Below, piece by piece: positions 41,717-51,039 of a stretch of DNA of 64,000 bases (the stretch's first letter is position 1; each line of letters starts with the position of its first letter). The notes under the pieces were generated by a model. The model was not told the DNA's origin. It ran no database searches and saw only the letters and a list, made by a program, of their open reading frames with translations. The stretch comes from Cyanophyceae cyanobacterium (GTDB taxonomy: Bacteria > Cyanobacteriota > Cyanobacteriia > Cyanobacteriales > Laspinemataceae): positions 32,001-96,000 of the forward strand of contig JBBQFN010000002.1 in assembly GCA_038321985.1 (NCBI GenBank), in the 5' to 3' direction. Both the position numbers and the translations under genes were made by a program.

Positions 41717-44700
41717 TTAACCTAAGAAATCAAACGCTCCATCCTCAATAATGCCGTTAGGATTGGCGGTTCCGGTAATGATTTGCTCCACTTGTTCGGG
41801 CGTCAAATTGGGATTAGCATTGAGCATCAATGCAGCTACACCACTGACCACGGGAGCCGCCATTGAGGTTCCCTTCCAGAAATCATAAGTATTAATGGGT
41901 ACCGAGGAATAAATATCTTCTCCCGGTGCAACAACATAATCCAGAAGGTCAGTACCCGCACGGTTGGTAAAGTCAGCTACCTGGCGATCGCGATTAACTG
42001 CACCTACAGCAATGCCGAATTCTGAAGCATAAGCGGCGGGATATCGGATCGAGCTAAACCGTTCATTTCCGGCAGAAGAGTTTAATCCATCATTTCCGGA
42101 AGCAGAAACAATAACGGCTCCTTTTTCTTTGGCATAGATGAGGGCTTCTTTGAGGGTAGTATTCACACTTCCCCCACCCAAACTTAAATTAAGAACCCTT
42201 GCGCCATTATCGACCGCATAGCGAATTCCCTGGGCAATTCGTTCTTCCTCTCCTGTAAATGGACCAATAACAACCACCGGCATAATGGTCGCATTGGGAG
42301 CAATTCCTGAATTTCCAATCCCATTATTATTTCCCGCAATAATTCCGGCGACATGGCTGGCATGACCCTCTAAAGGATCAATGCGATTGATTTCATTATT
42401 CCCATCCAAAAAGTTCCAACCGAGAATATCATCCACAAATCCATTGCCATCGTCATCGATGCCATTGCCGTTGATCTCCTGGGAATTGGTCCAAATGTTT
42501 CCCTCTAGCTGGGGATGAGTATAGTCTACATAACCATCAATGACAGCTACAATTACCCCTTGACCTGTATAACCTTGATTCCAGACAGCGGGTGCATTCA
42601 CCATATCAGAAACCCAATTCGACCCCACTTGTGGCGGCGTTTCTAAGAAAGGTGCGGTCCCCGTTGCTGCTGCAACTGCCGCTGCGGCATTCACCATGCC
42701 ATACCCCGATGACCGATTAAAAAGCTGAGGAGAAATGCTGAGGTCATAGTAAGTCGGACCTCCCACTTGGGACACCAAAATTTGATAGGTTCCCGGATCT
42801 AAGGTTAGGTGAATTTGTTCTAAAGTAGAACCGGGTTGGGTGGAAAGGGCCACCAATTCCTCGGGTTCGATCGCCTGATTAGAATTACGGTCCTGAACTA
42901 AATACAATTCGGCATTGGTACTTAATCCATCTAAAAATAAGCTGACGGTTTGGGGGCGATCAATCTGGAATTGGTAAAAATTGTTGGGATTTTCGGGTCC
43001 AATTATTCCTGATGTTCGCTGCACGCGATCGAGCAAGCCAAAGTTAAACGCATCGGCGACACCATTCCCGGCCATATTACCCGAAATTTCAGCCGGATTT
43101 GCTTCTAAGGAAAAATAGTAAGTGCTATCTCCCTGAATCGTATTTCCCCGAACAAAATAGGTCCCCGGACCCAAAATCCGGTTAATGCTTTCCACAGCAG
43201 CACCTTGAGATTCCGAGGAAACAATAATTTCTTCCGGATCAATGAGGCTGTTGCCATTGATATCTTTAATTAAAGAAAGTTGAGCATTACCACTGAGATC
43301 GTAAAGAAAAGCGCTAACTTCTTTAAAAGAATCCAGGCTAAACTTATAATAATCTTCCGGATTAGTGCTTTCTAAAAAATCATTTTTGATTTGCTTTTCC
43401 GATAACGGCCCTAAATCGGCGGCAGTGGCTAGGGTATTTCCCGCTCCGGAAGAAGGCAGGGCCGCAGTTGTTTTATCAATGGTTAAGAAATAAGGGGTAT
43501 TTCCACCTTGCTTGACCACACCCAAGAAATAAGTTCCTCGTCCTAATATCCGATTGATTTGGGGATTTAGGCTGGGTTCATCTCCTGGATAAGTAATAAA
43601 TTCCTGGAAAGTAAATAACCCATCATTATTGATATCCTGCATCAGAAAAAAGTCTGCATTTTGCTGTAAACTTTGCAGCTTAATATCAATATTTTGAGTG
43701 TCTTGAATTTCAAATTGATAAAAGTCGTAAGGATTGGCCTCGCCAATAAAGTCAGCGATTTCAAAGTGGTCACTTAATACCCCTATCTGCGCAAAACCAA
43801 TAGGTTCATTATTTCTAGCCCCGGATGCAGGCACTCCCGAGGGAATAGACTCTAGCATCAAATCGTAAGCGGTCTCGTTATCCACCTGAAGAATTCGGGC
43901 AAAGTAGGTTCCGGGTCCCAAACCCGAAAGGTAAACTGTAGAAGGAAATTGCTCCGGTTCTTCCTCGGGTCGAAAGGAATTGAGATACTCCATGAAATCA
44001 ATTTTTCCATCCCGGTTTAAATCAATCGGGCTACGATTTGCATCTCCTTGAGCTGAAACAATTTCTCCACTATCAATGAGGCCATTTTCGTTGCGGTCCT
44101 GAATGACTTGAATTTGAACATTAGCGCTTAAATTATCCGCAGACAATCGTAGGTCACTGGGAGAATTTACGGTAAATCGATAAAAATCTTGGACATTGCC
44201 ATTACCAATAAATCCTTGCCGGGCTTGGGGACGGGTTAAATCTCCAAGCCATAATGCTTCGGTTAAGGTACTACCGGGACGAGGTTTTGAAAGTAGGTTG
44301 GATGGAGCAGCAGAGACGCTAATTTGGTAAGCGGTATCTCCCTCCGATTCAGAAACTTTAACAAAATAAGTTCCCGGTGCGGTGGCAAAACGATCCAATT
44401 GTGAGATGGGGGCTTTATCGGCGGCGATCGCCTCTTGCACTTCTGCATCATCGGCAATTCCATTGTTATTGAGATCCCGAATTAATTGGATATTTGCAGA
44501 GGCATTACTACCGTCCAATTTGACACTGATATCGCTGAAAGTATCGAGGCGAAATTTATAGTAGTCTTCCGTATCTAGGGAACTGACAACGGGACGCGCG
44601 TTCGGATCTGCTCCCACCGTGTGAGACGGGTTGAGAACCCCCATATCTCCCGGTAAATATCGACGTCCTTCCGTAATCCCCGTATTCAGCAAGTGGTTGA

Positions 44701-45166
44701 ATGCCGCGCGGCGATCGCCTCCTAACGCTTGATCTAAATCCGGATTAACCGCTAAGTAGTAATTTAAATCGATAAATTGAGAAAAGGGGCGATTTTCAGC
44801 AAATCCCCTTGTTAAAAAGTGTTGAAATGCTCCGGGCAAATTTCCGGCAAAGGCAGGGGCAAGGTCAGGATTTCGGGCAACATAAAAATCGAGGTCTAGT
44901 AAGGGAGAGAAACTGCGCCCCTCTGCAATCCCCCACCCTTGAAGGTGCTTTAAGACTTGGCTGTTAGAAGTGAGTCCGGCGAATGCTAAATCAGGATTTT
45001 GTTCTCGATAATAATTGAGATTAACAAAAGGTGAAAAAGCTCGCCCTTCGTCTAAACCGGAGGTTTGAAAATGTCTGTATAGTCGGTCTGGTGTGGCAAT
45101 CCCAACGGCTGCTAAATCAGGATTAACAGCGAGATAATAGCTAGCATCAAATAATTCTAAAGACAT
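41717..45166 (-). CDS. S8 (subtilisin-like) serine protease with N-terminal YYLAxNPDL repeats and PPC-like domains
   Basis: Catalytic triad VAVID, GHASHVAG, GTSMAAP. About five D.Y.F...G.YF/Y repeats carrying DxNxNG Ca-binding loops. Confidence 0.9.
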   Translation of the reverse strand: MSLELFDASYYLAVNPDLAAVGIATPDRLYRHFQTSGLDEGRAFSPFVNLNYYREQNPDLAFAGLTSNSQVLKHLQGWGIAEGRSFSPLLDLDFYVARNPDLAPAFAGNLPGAFQHFLTRGFAENRPFSQFIDLNYYLAVNPDLDQALGGDRRAAFNHLLNTGITEGRRYLPGDMGVLNPSHTVGADPNARPVVSSLDTEDYYKFRLDTFSDISVKLDGSNASANIQLIRDLNNNGIADDAEVQEAIAADKAPISQLDRFATAPGTYFVKVSESEGDTAYQISVSAAPSNLLSKPRPGSTLTEALWLGDLTRPQARQGFIGNGNVQDFYRFTVNSPSDLRLSADNLSANVQIQVIQDRNENGLIDSGEIVSAQGDANRSPIDLNRDGKIDFMEYLNSFRPEEEPEQFPSTVYLSGLGPGTYFARILQVDNETAYDLMLESIPSGVPASGARNNEPIGFAQIGVLSDHFEIADFIGEANPYDFYQFEIQDTQNIDIKLQSLQQNADFFLMQDINNDGLFTFQEFITYPGDEPSLNPQINRILGRGTYFLGVVKQGGNTPYFLTIDKTTAALPSSGAGNTLATAADLGPLSEKQIKNDFLESTNPEDYYKFSLDSFKEVSAFLYDLSGNAQLSLIKDINGNSLIDPEEIIVSSESQGAAVESINRILGPGTYFVRGNTIQGDSTYYFSLEANPAEISGNMAGNGVADAFNFGLLDRVQRTSGIIGPENPNNFYQFQIDRPQTVSLFLDGLSTNAELYLVQDRNSNQAIEPEELVALSTQPGSTLEQIHLTLDPGTYQILVSQVGGPTYYDLSISPQLFNRSSGYGMVNAAAAVAAATGTAPFLETPPQVGSNWVSDMVNAPAVWNQGYTGQGVIVAVIDGYVDYTHPQLEGNIWTNSQEINGNGIDDDGNGFVDDILGWNFLDGNNEINRIDPLEGHASHVAGIIAGNNNGIGNSGIAPNATIMPVVVIGPFTGEEERIAQGIRYAVDNGARVLNLSLGGGSVNTTLKEALIYAKEKGAVIVSASGNDGLNSSAGNERFSSIRYPAAYASEFGIAVGAVNRDRQVADFTNRAGTDLLDYVVAPGEDIYSSVPINTYDFWKGTSMAAPVVSGVAALMLNANPNLTPEQVEQIITGTANPNGIIEDGAFDFLG

Positions 45167-45712
45167 CGGTGATGGGTCCAGAAGTGATTTCTATTCGCTA
45201 GGATGACTCCTATTAAAGCATCAAGTTCCAGAACCCTTGGGATTTAGTAACAATAATTCATGTTTGTTGCTACGGCTATGAAAATTTATTACGAGTTTAA
45301 AGGGTAATAGTCTGCTGAAGTCAGCTTGCTTTTATAAAAGTCCCAGTCCTGGAGGGCAGGTGCAACCCAGGCCCTAGATTTTTCTAAAAATAAAGGGCTT
45401 GCATCATTCTAGATCGGTGCCCACCACCTCTCTTACAAAGGGGGCTTTTTAAATTTAGGCAAAGCGTCTAATACCCCGGCCATTCTTCCGATAAAGGTGC
45501 AACGGCTGTATTCCGAATCTATAAGCGATCGCCTGCTACAGTCTCAAAGGATTTGCCTCATTGAATATTACTCGGGAATTCTATCACCCTGGGGGTAAAA
45601 TTTAGCCTAATTTCTAGTGATTTCTGATACAATAAGAACCGATTAGTTTACTTAAAGAGTGACCATCACAGGAGGGAATGAAATTCTGTTACCATCCCAT
45701 CCTACAAACGAA

Positions 45713-47383
45713 ATGCCAACGGTAGTAGGGAGTATTCAGACCCTCCCCGCCGATGTTGTGCATCTGATCGCTGCCGGAGAGGTGATTGACTCTCTGGCGG
45801 CAGTTTTGCGGGAATTGTTGGAAAACGCCCTAGATGCCGGTGCAACACGGATTTCGGTCTCAGTGTGGCCCCAACTCTGGCGCGTGCGCGTGGCAGACAA
45901 TGGATGTGGGATGGATTTGGCGAATTTGCAACAGGCAGCAACCGCGCACAGTACCAGTAAAATCCACAATGTTTACGATTTGTGGAAAATTACCAGTTTG
46001 GGATTTAGAGGGGAGGCACTGCACAGTTTGGCGCAGTTGTCCCAGTTAGAAATTAAGAGTCGAGTCGGGGAGGGTGAGGGATGGTGCGTGCAATACAACT
46101 CCCAAGGTGAGGCAGTGCAAGTGCAACCCACGGCGATCGCACCGGGAACAATCGTGACTGTCTGTGATCTGTTTGAGCGCTGGAAACCCCGGCGTCAAGG
46201 GTTGCCGTCTCTCCCCCAACAAGTGAGATTAATCCAGCAGATGATTCAACAAATTGCGTTATGTCATCCGCAAGTGATGTGGCAGGTAGAACAAGACGAT
46301 CGCCCTTGGTTTAAAATTACCCCCGGACAAAGTGCACAGCAAATTCTGCCCCAAATTCTGCGCGGGGTCAAGAGTGGAGATTTAGAAGGGTTAACTCTCT
46401 CCCTGAGTGAGGAGGAGTCAATCGCCCTAGTGTTAGGGTTGCCCGATCGCTGTCATCGCCCCCGTACAGATTGGGTGAAAGTAGCGGTAAACGGGCGCTT
46501 TGTACGATCGCCGGAATTGGAACAAACCCTAATTGCCGGATTTGCGCGGACTTTACCCCGCGATCGCTACCCCGTATGTTTGCTACATCTGCACGTTTCT
46601 CCTGAACAAATTGATTGGAACCGGCACCCCGCCAAAGCTGAGATTTATCTCAAGAATATGACTCAGTGGCAGGAACGAGTCACTCAGGCGATCGCTCAGG
46701 GGTTGCAGTGGAATCCGGAAACCGCACCCGGCGCAGCCCAACAGCGAGTCACCCAGCTGCTCAAGGCATCGGAAGAAAAAGGGGTTTACCAGGTCAACAG
46801 TACCCCCGCAGACCCGTCTAAATCAGGCGATCGAGTCCAACCCTTGCACCTGCGTGCTGTCGCCCAAGTCAGCCAAATGTATATCGTTGCTGAACATTCT
46901 AACGGATTGTGGTTAGTCGAACAACATATCGCTCATGAGCGCATTTTATACGAGCAACTCTGCGATCGCTGGCAACTCGTTCCCATCGAACCCCCCATTA
47001 TCCTCAATCAACTCACTCCGGCACAACTCGAACAACTCAACCGCCTCGGACTCGATATTCAACCCTTTGGCAGTGAATTATGGGCGATTCGTACTGCACC
47101 GGACCTGTTAGTACAACGGAACGATTGTGCAGAGGCACTCCTAGAACTCAGTTTAGGAGGAGACTTGCAACAAGCACAGGTTGCCACCGCCTGCCGCAGT
47201 GCCATCCGCAACGGAACCCCTCTGACATTACCCCAGATGCAAGATATTTTAGACCGCTGGCAACGCACCCGCAACCCCCGCACCTGTCCCCACGGCAGAC
47301 CGATTTATTTGGCCTTAGAAGAGTCATCTTTAGCCCGCTTTTTCCGCCGTAATTGGGTGATTGGAAAAAGTCACGGCATTTAG
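45713..47383 (+). CDS. mutL: DNA mismatch repair endonuclease MutL
   Basis: IAAGEVI, ELLENALDAG, HSTSKI, GFRGEAL, EQHIAHER, ACRSA, CPHGRP. Exact start uncertain (45659/45678/45713). Confidence 0.95.
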   Translation: MPTVVGSIQTLPADVVHLIAAGEVIDSLAAVLRELLENALDAGATRISVSVWPQLWRVRVADNGCGMDLANLQQAATAHSTSKIHNVYDLWKITSLGFRGEALHSLAQLSQLEIKSRVGEGEGWCVQYNSQGEAVQVQPTAIAPGTIVTVCDLFERWKPRRQGLPSLPQQVRLIQQMIQQIALCHPQVMWQVEQDDRPWFKITPGQSAQQILPQILRGVKSGDLEGLTLSLSEEESIALVLGLPDRCHRPRTDWVKVAVNGRFVRSPELEQTLIAGFARTLPRDRYPVCLLHLHVSPEQIDWNRHPAKAEIYLKNMTQWQERVTQAIAQGLQWNPETAPGAAQQRVTQLLKASEEKGVYQVNSTPADPSKSGDRVQPLHLRAVAQVSQMYIVAEHSNGLWLVEQHIAHERILYEQLCDRWQLVPIEPPIILNQLTPAQLEQLNRLGLDIQPFGSELWAIRTAPDLLVQRNDCAEALLELSLGGDLQQAQVATACRSAIRNGTPLTLPQMQDILDRWQRTRNPRTCPHGRPIYLALEESSLARFFRRNWVIGKSHGI

Positions 47384-47503
47384 TTCAACGTCCCGACTTC
47401 AGTCGTTCTCTTATCTTAGTTCGTAGTAACGCCTTCAGGCATTATCCCGCCCATGTTCAACGTCCCGACTTCAGTCGTTCTCTTATCTTAGTTCGTAGTA
47501 ACG
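47383..47503 (+). repeat. Tandem array of alternating 36-bp REP-like units (49-bp exact direct repeat, period 72)
   Basis: 47383-47431 is identical to 47455-47503. Units start with GTTC and contain CGAC-TTCA-GTCG or GCC-TTCA-GGC hairpins. The fourth unit is truncated. Confidence 0.85.
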
Positions 47504-47523
47504 AAACAGCCCTAAGATTGAAG

Positions 47524-48072
47524 CTACCGCAGCGTTTCCGCAAAAGCCTTGATAGTTTGCTGTCCGCGTTGTGTATTTCCCGTAGTCAAGAAGTCTAGGA
47601 TTGCGCCTTGAAATAAGTGAAATAGCGATAAAGCTGTAGTTTTATCGTTGGTGATATTAAATAAATAATCTACCCACTTCTTGTTCTCTTGCTCAATGAA
47701 ACCTTGTGTTTCCGAGTCGCCCTGGATAGCACGTTGATTTAGCTCCATCGCCAGCTTCAGCAAGCCGTACATGGCGGGTGAAGTCAAATGGCTCCACATT
47801 TCGAGCAGGGGTTCTGTTAGACAAGTAGCCCCTTCCAGGGATAGACTTTGAAATGACCAGAGCTTTTCGCGCAAGCGAGTCTCTAATAACCCAATGAGTT
47901 GTCGCTCTAATTCTTGTTTTGAGCCAAAGTGATAGACAAGCATTCGTCCGCTAGTGCCTATCCTCTTGGCGATCGCATTGATGCTCGAATCCAATGCTCC
48001 TGCCTCGATGGCAGCAGCTAGGCATTGCTCCAGAAGCTCTTGCTTCTTCTGCGGTTCAGTCGGTCGGCTCAT
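47524..48072 (-). CDS. TetR/AcrR family transcriptional regulator
   Basis: SINAIAKRIGTSGRMLVYHFGSKQEL HTH motif. Confidence 0.92.
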   Translation of the reverse strand: MSRPTEPQKKQELLEQCLAAAIEAGALDSSINAIAKRIGTSGRMLVYHFGSKQELERQLIGLLETRLREKLWSFQSLSLEGATCLTEPLLEMWSHLTSPAMYGLLKLAMELNQRAIQGDSETQGFIEQENKKWVDYLFNITNDKTTALSLFHLFQGAILDFLTTGNTQRGQQTIKAFAETLR

Positions 48073-48075
48073 GGG

Positions 48076-48133
48076 TTGACAGTTAACGTAATAACTGTTA
48101 CAGTAATGATTAACGTAATATTTATTACGTTAA
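48076..48133. promoter_or_regulatory. Sigma70-type promoter with two TetR-type operators
   Basis: TTGACA(48076)-N17-TACAGT(48099). Perfect palindrome TTAACGTAATA-TT-TATTACGTTAA (48110-48133) and degenerate copy TTAACGTAATA-AC-TGTTACAGTAA (48083-48106). Confidence 0.82.
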
Positions 48134-48155
48134 CACCATTAAGTAGGGCAAAACC

Positions 48156-48584
48156 ATGAAGATAAGAGATAGAATTGGCTTCATAGTCCTTGGCTTGGTC
48201 ATCTGGGCAGCAGGAACGTTGGTTTATCGCTTGACTGGTTCCTTCTTCTTTGAAGGTTCTGCTACGGGATATTGGGTCAATGTCGGTTTCACAGGCATTC
48301 TATGTGCCATTGTTTCGCTCGGACTAATGAAGTGGCGGAAGATTAAGCAGCAAGATTGGTTACAGGGTGCAATCTGTATTGCCTTGCCGGGAATGCTAGG
48401 GGAGATTCCAATTCTTGCTAGTTTTTCTGACCTGATGGGCAATATGCAACCGGAAACAGCAGGGCGGTATGCAGCCCTTTTGTTTGGATGCTATTCGACA
48501 GTAATTGGCACGGCTGGGTTCATGTCTGCAAAAGCTAGTTCTCAGCCGATTTCTGAACCAGAGTTCGTAGGCACAGAGCAATAA
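48156..48584 (+). CDS. 4-TM membrane protein, DUF5367-like
   Basis: G.VIWAAGT, IALPGMLGE and GRYAA.LF..Y motifs; divergent from TetR. Confidence 0.72.
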   Translation: MKIRDRIGFIVLGLVIWAAGTLVYRLTGSFFFEGSATGYWVNVGFTGILCAIVSLGLMKWRKIKQQDWLQGAICIALPGMLGEIPILASFSDLMGNMQPETAGRYAALLFGCYSTVIGTAGFMSAKASSQPISEPEFVGTEQ

Positions 48585-48680
48585 AGAGCGATTTGCAGCG
48601 ACGCCCGCTAAAAAGTTAAGGAAGCCGACAGCTATGAAGATCTTGCTACGGGTGCTTAAGGCTTCCTTTGCCATATATTA

Positions 48681-49850
48681 TACGGAATCCGGTTGCTCCA
48701 GGTCTGTTATAATAACTGAAAAAATCTCAGAAAAATAGCCATGCCCAAAAAAGTCGAATTAGAGCCTCACTTAAGTCATTCGGACCTAAAAGCGCGATAC
48801 CGCGCCTCTTGTGACCCCGTAGAAGCACGACGTTGGCACCTACTTTGGAAAGTCGCCTCGGGGTGGAGGGTGAAGGATGCTGCATCGGTTGTGGGTCTAA
48901 ATTATGACTATGCCCGCCGAGTTGTCAAGAAATATAATGAAATGGGTATAGATTCGGTTAAAAATTCTCGCCATAAAACTCCCATAAACCATCAAGGAGG
49001 TAAAAAACCTATATTAAATCCCCAGCAATTAGAGCGGTTAAAAGAAGCGCTACAAAAGAAACCCGTAGATGGGGGAGTTTGGACGGGACCTAAAGTCGCT
49101 CGATGGATGGAACAAGAAACTGGACGTAGTAAAATCTATGATTCTAGAGGATGGGACTACTTAAAAAAGTTGAGATACTCCTGGCAGAGGCCAAGACTTA
49201 AACATCGAAAAGGTTGCCCAATTGAACAACAAGAATTCAAAGAAAAATTACCTAAAAAAGTTAAGCTGCTTCAAGAATCTAATCCCAAGGCTGAAGTAGA
49301 AGTTTGGTTTTTTGATGAACATCGCGTTGGGTTGAAGCCGATTTTAGCTAAAGTCTGGTCCCCAGTCAACGAAAGACCTTCAGCGATTGTTCATCACAGA
49401 TATGAGTGGTTATATGTCTATGGATTTGTCAACCCAAAAACTGGAGAAACCTACTACTATTTAATACCCCGAGTCAACGTTCAATGGTTAAATTTAGTTT
49501 TTGAGACTTTTGCCAAAGAAGTTGGAGCGGGTGAAGAGAAAATTGTGCTAATTGTTGAAGATAATGCCGGATGGCATAGAAGCCATAAAGTTTGTTTACC
49601 TCTGGGGATAAAAATTGAACCTCTTCCGCCTTATTCTCCCGAGTTACAACCAGCAGAGCGGTTATGGAAATTGGTGGATGAGCCATTAGTCAATACTTAT
49701 TTTAATTCCTTAGACGACCTGGAAAAAGTCTTAGTTGAACGCTGCCGTTTTCTTCAAGAAAATATGCAAACTGAAATTAGGGCTTTGACCAATTATCATT
49801 GGTTGACCTATTGAGCATTTGTTGTAGACTTTTACCAAGCGGATTCCGTA
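48681..49850 (+). mobile_element. IS630-family insertion sequence with TIRs and TA target duplication
   Basis: Left TA-CGGAATCCGGTTG; right CAAGCGGATTCCG-TA (12/13 inverted match); encloses a DDE transposase gene. Confidence 0.92.
48741..49814 (+). CDS. IS630-family transposase (single uninterrupted ORF)
   Basis: HTH N-terminus; DDE motifs WFFDEHR, EDNAGWH, LPPYSPELQPAERLW. Confidence 0.95.
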   Translation: MPKKVELEPHLSHSDLKARYRASCDPVEARRWHLLWKVASGWRVKDAASVVGLNYDYARRVVKKYNEMGIDSVKNSRHKTPINHQGGKKPILNPQQLERLKEALQKKPVDGGVWTGPKVARWMEQETGRSKIYDSRGWDYLKKLRYSWQRPRLKHRKGCPIEQQEFKEKLPKKVKLLQESNPKAEVEVWFFDEHRVGLKPILAKVWSPVNERPSAIVHHRYEWLYVYGFVNPKTGETYYYLIPRVNVQWLNLVFETFAKEVGAGEEKIVLIVEDNAGWHRSHKVCLPLGIKIEPLPPYSPELQPAERLWKLVDEPLVNTYFNSLDDLEKVLVERCRFLQENMQTEIRALTNYHWLTY

Positions 49851-49867
49851 TTAGGAGGATTTAGAAG

Positions 49868-50917
49868 ATGGAATATGTTGAAAATACACAGATAAACCGT
49901 AAAATTTCAGCAAAAGAAACTCTTATTTCGCCAGGTTTCTATACAACCAGCCTTAAAAAGTTTTCTAATGTGGATACTTTAAGCTTTCACGAAGCCTTTA
50001 ATACGGCGATCGCTAATTTAAAGGGCGACTACACTAAAGAGAGTTATGTCCGTGACGAGAGATTTAACCAGTCCTGGGATCACATTCAAGGTGATGCACG
50101 AGAACTCATCGTTAAACTTCTGGAAATGTACTGTGCGGCTGAATACTCAGGATTTATTCTCTACAAAGAATTGTCGTATCAACTGAAGGAAAAAAACAGC
50201 GTCCTTTCAGAGGGATTTGCCCTGATGTCTCGTGATGAAGCCCGCCATGCGAGTTTTTTAAATAAAGCTCTTTTAGATTTCAATATCAAACCTAAATTAG
50301 ATTTCCTCAATAAAGAACATAGGAAATATATCTTTCTCCCTTTTTCATGGTTTATCTACTCTACCTATCTGTCTGAAAGAATTTCTAGCTGTTATTACAT
50401 AACCATTTTTGAGCATTTAAAGTCTAATTCTGAATACTTTATCTATCCTATTTTTAGTTTTTACAAATCCTGGGGTGAAGATGAAAATCGACATGGAGAT
50501 TTCTTTGGGGCAATTATTAAATCACAGCCACAGTTTTCTAAGGGACTAAGGGCAGTATTAGTTTGTAAGTTCTTTTTGCTGTTGATTTTCAGCATGACAT
50601 ACTTTAAATATAAAAGTAACGACAAGCTCCTTGCATTGCTTGGGTTAGATGCCCGTGAATACTATATTTCTACAATTCAAAAAGTCAATAAATCTATTAA
50701 AAAAGATTTGCCTGTAGTTCTTGATATTGAAGGGTCACGATTTTTTGAGAGGTTAGAAACTTGTTTTTCCCATATTTCGGAGAATCAAAGGATTGACAGT
50801 TTAAAGGAGAAAAAGCTCTTAAAATTGATTAAAAAAATTCCACATTATTTTAGTATTTTATTGATTATGTTACGTTTATTTATCATAAAGTCAATTAGTA
50901 CGAGAGAGGAGAGATAA
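49868..50917 (+). CDS. Divergent AcsF/CycI-like di-iron carboxylate protein (Mg-protoporphyrin IX monomethyl ester cyclase homolog)
   Basis: ETL..P.FYTT, QSWDHI, AEYSGFILYKEL, MSRDEARH, YLSE, DENRHGDFF. AGGAGG Shine-Dalgarno. Markedly AT-rich. Confidence 0.85.
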   Translation: MEYVENTQINRKISAKETLISPGFYTTSLKKFSNVDTLSFHEAFNTAIANLKGDYTKESYVRDERFNQSWDHIQGDARELIVKLLEMYCAAEYSGFILYKELSYQLKEKNSVLSEGFALMSRDEARHASFLNKALLDFNIKPKLDFLNKEHRKYIFLPFSWFIYSTYLSERISSCYYITIFEHLKSNSEYFIYPIFSFYKSWGEDENRHGDFFGAIIKSQPQFSKGLRAVLVCKFFLLLIFSMTYFKYKSNDKLLALLGLDAREYYISTIQKVNKSIKKDLPVVLDIEGSRFFERLETCFSHISENQRIDSLKEKKLLKLIKKIPHYFSILLIMLRLFIIKSISTREER

Positions 50918-51039
50918 CTCATTATTAGTCATTGATGCAATTCGTCAAGTTGTTGAAAAAATCTGTTGCAGTAGTGTTTCATAATCAGCCATACGGAACG
51001 GACGAGTGACCTCTTAAAATTTAGAATGAAATAGCCCTG

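Noticed and set aside
47383..47503. Possible CRISPR mini-array (36-bp units starting GTTC, period 72)
   Set aside because: The would-be spacer is itself repeated and belongs to the dispersed REP-like family. Only two full repeats, no leader and no cas genes.
47503..51038. GAAACAGCCCT / GAAATAGCCCT as att-like direct repeats flanking the island
   Set aside because: Only a 10/11 match over 3.5 kb with no integrase present; chance cannot be excluded.
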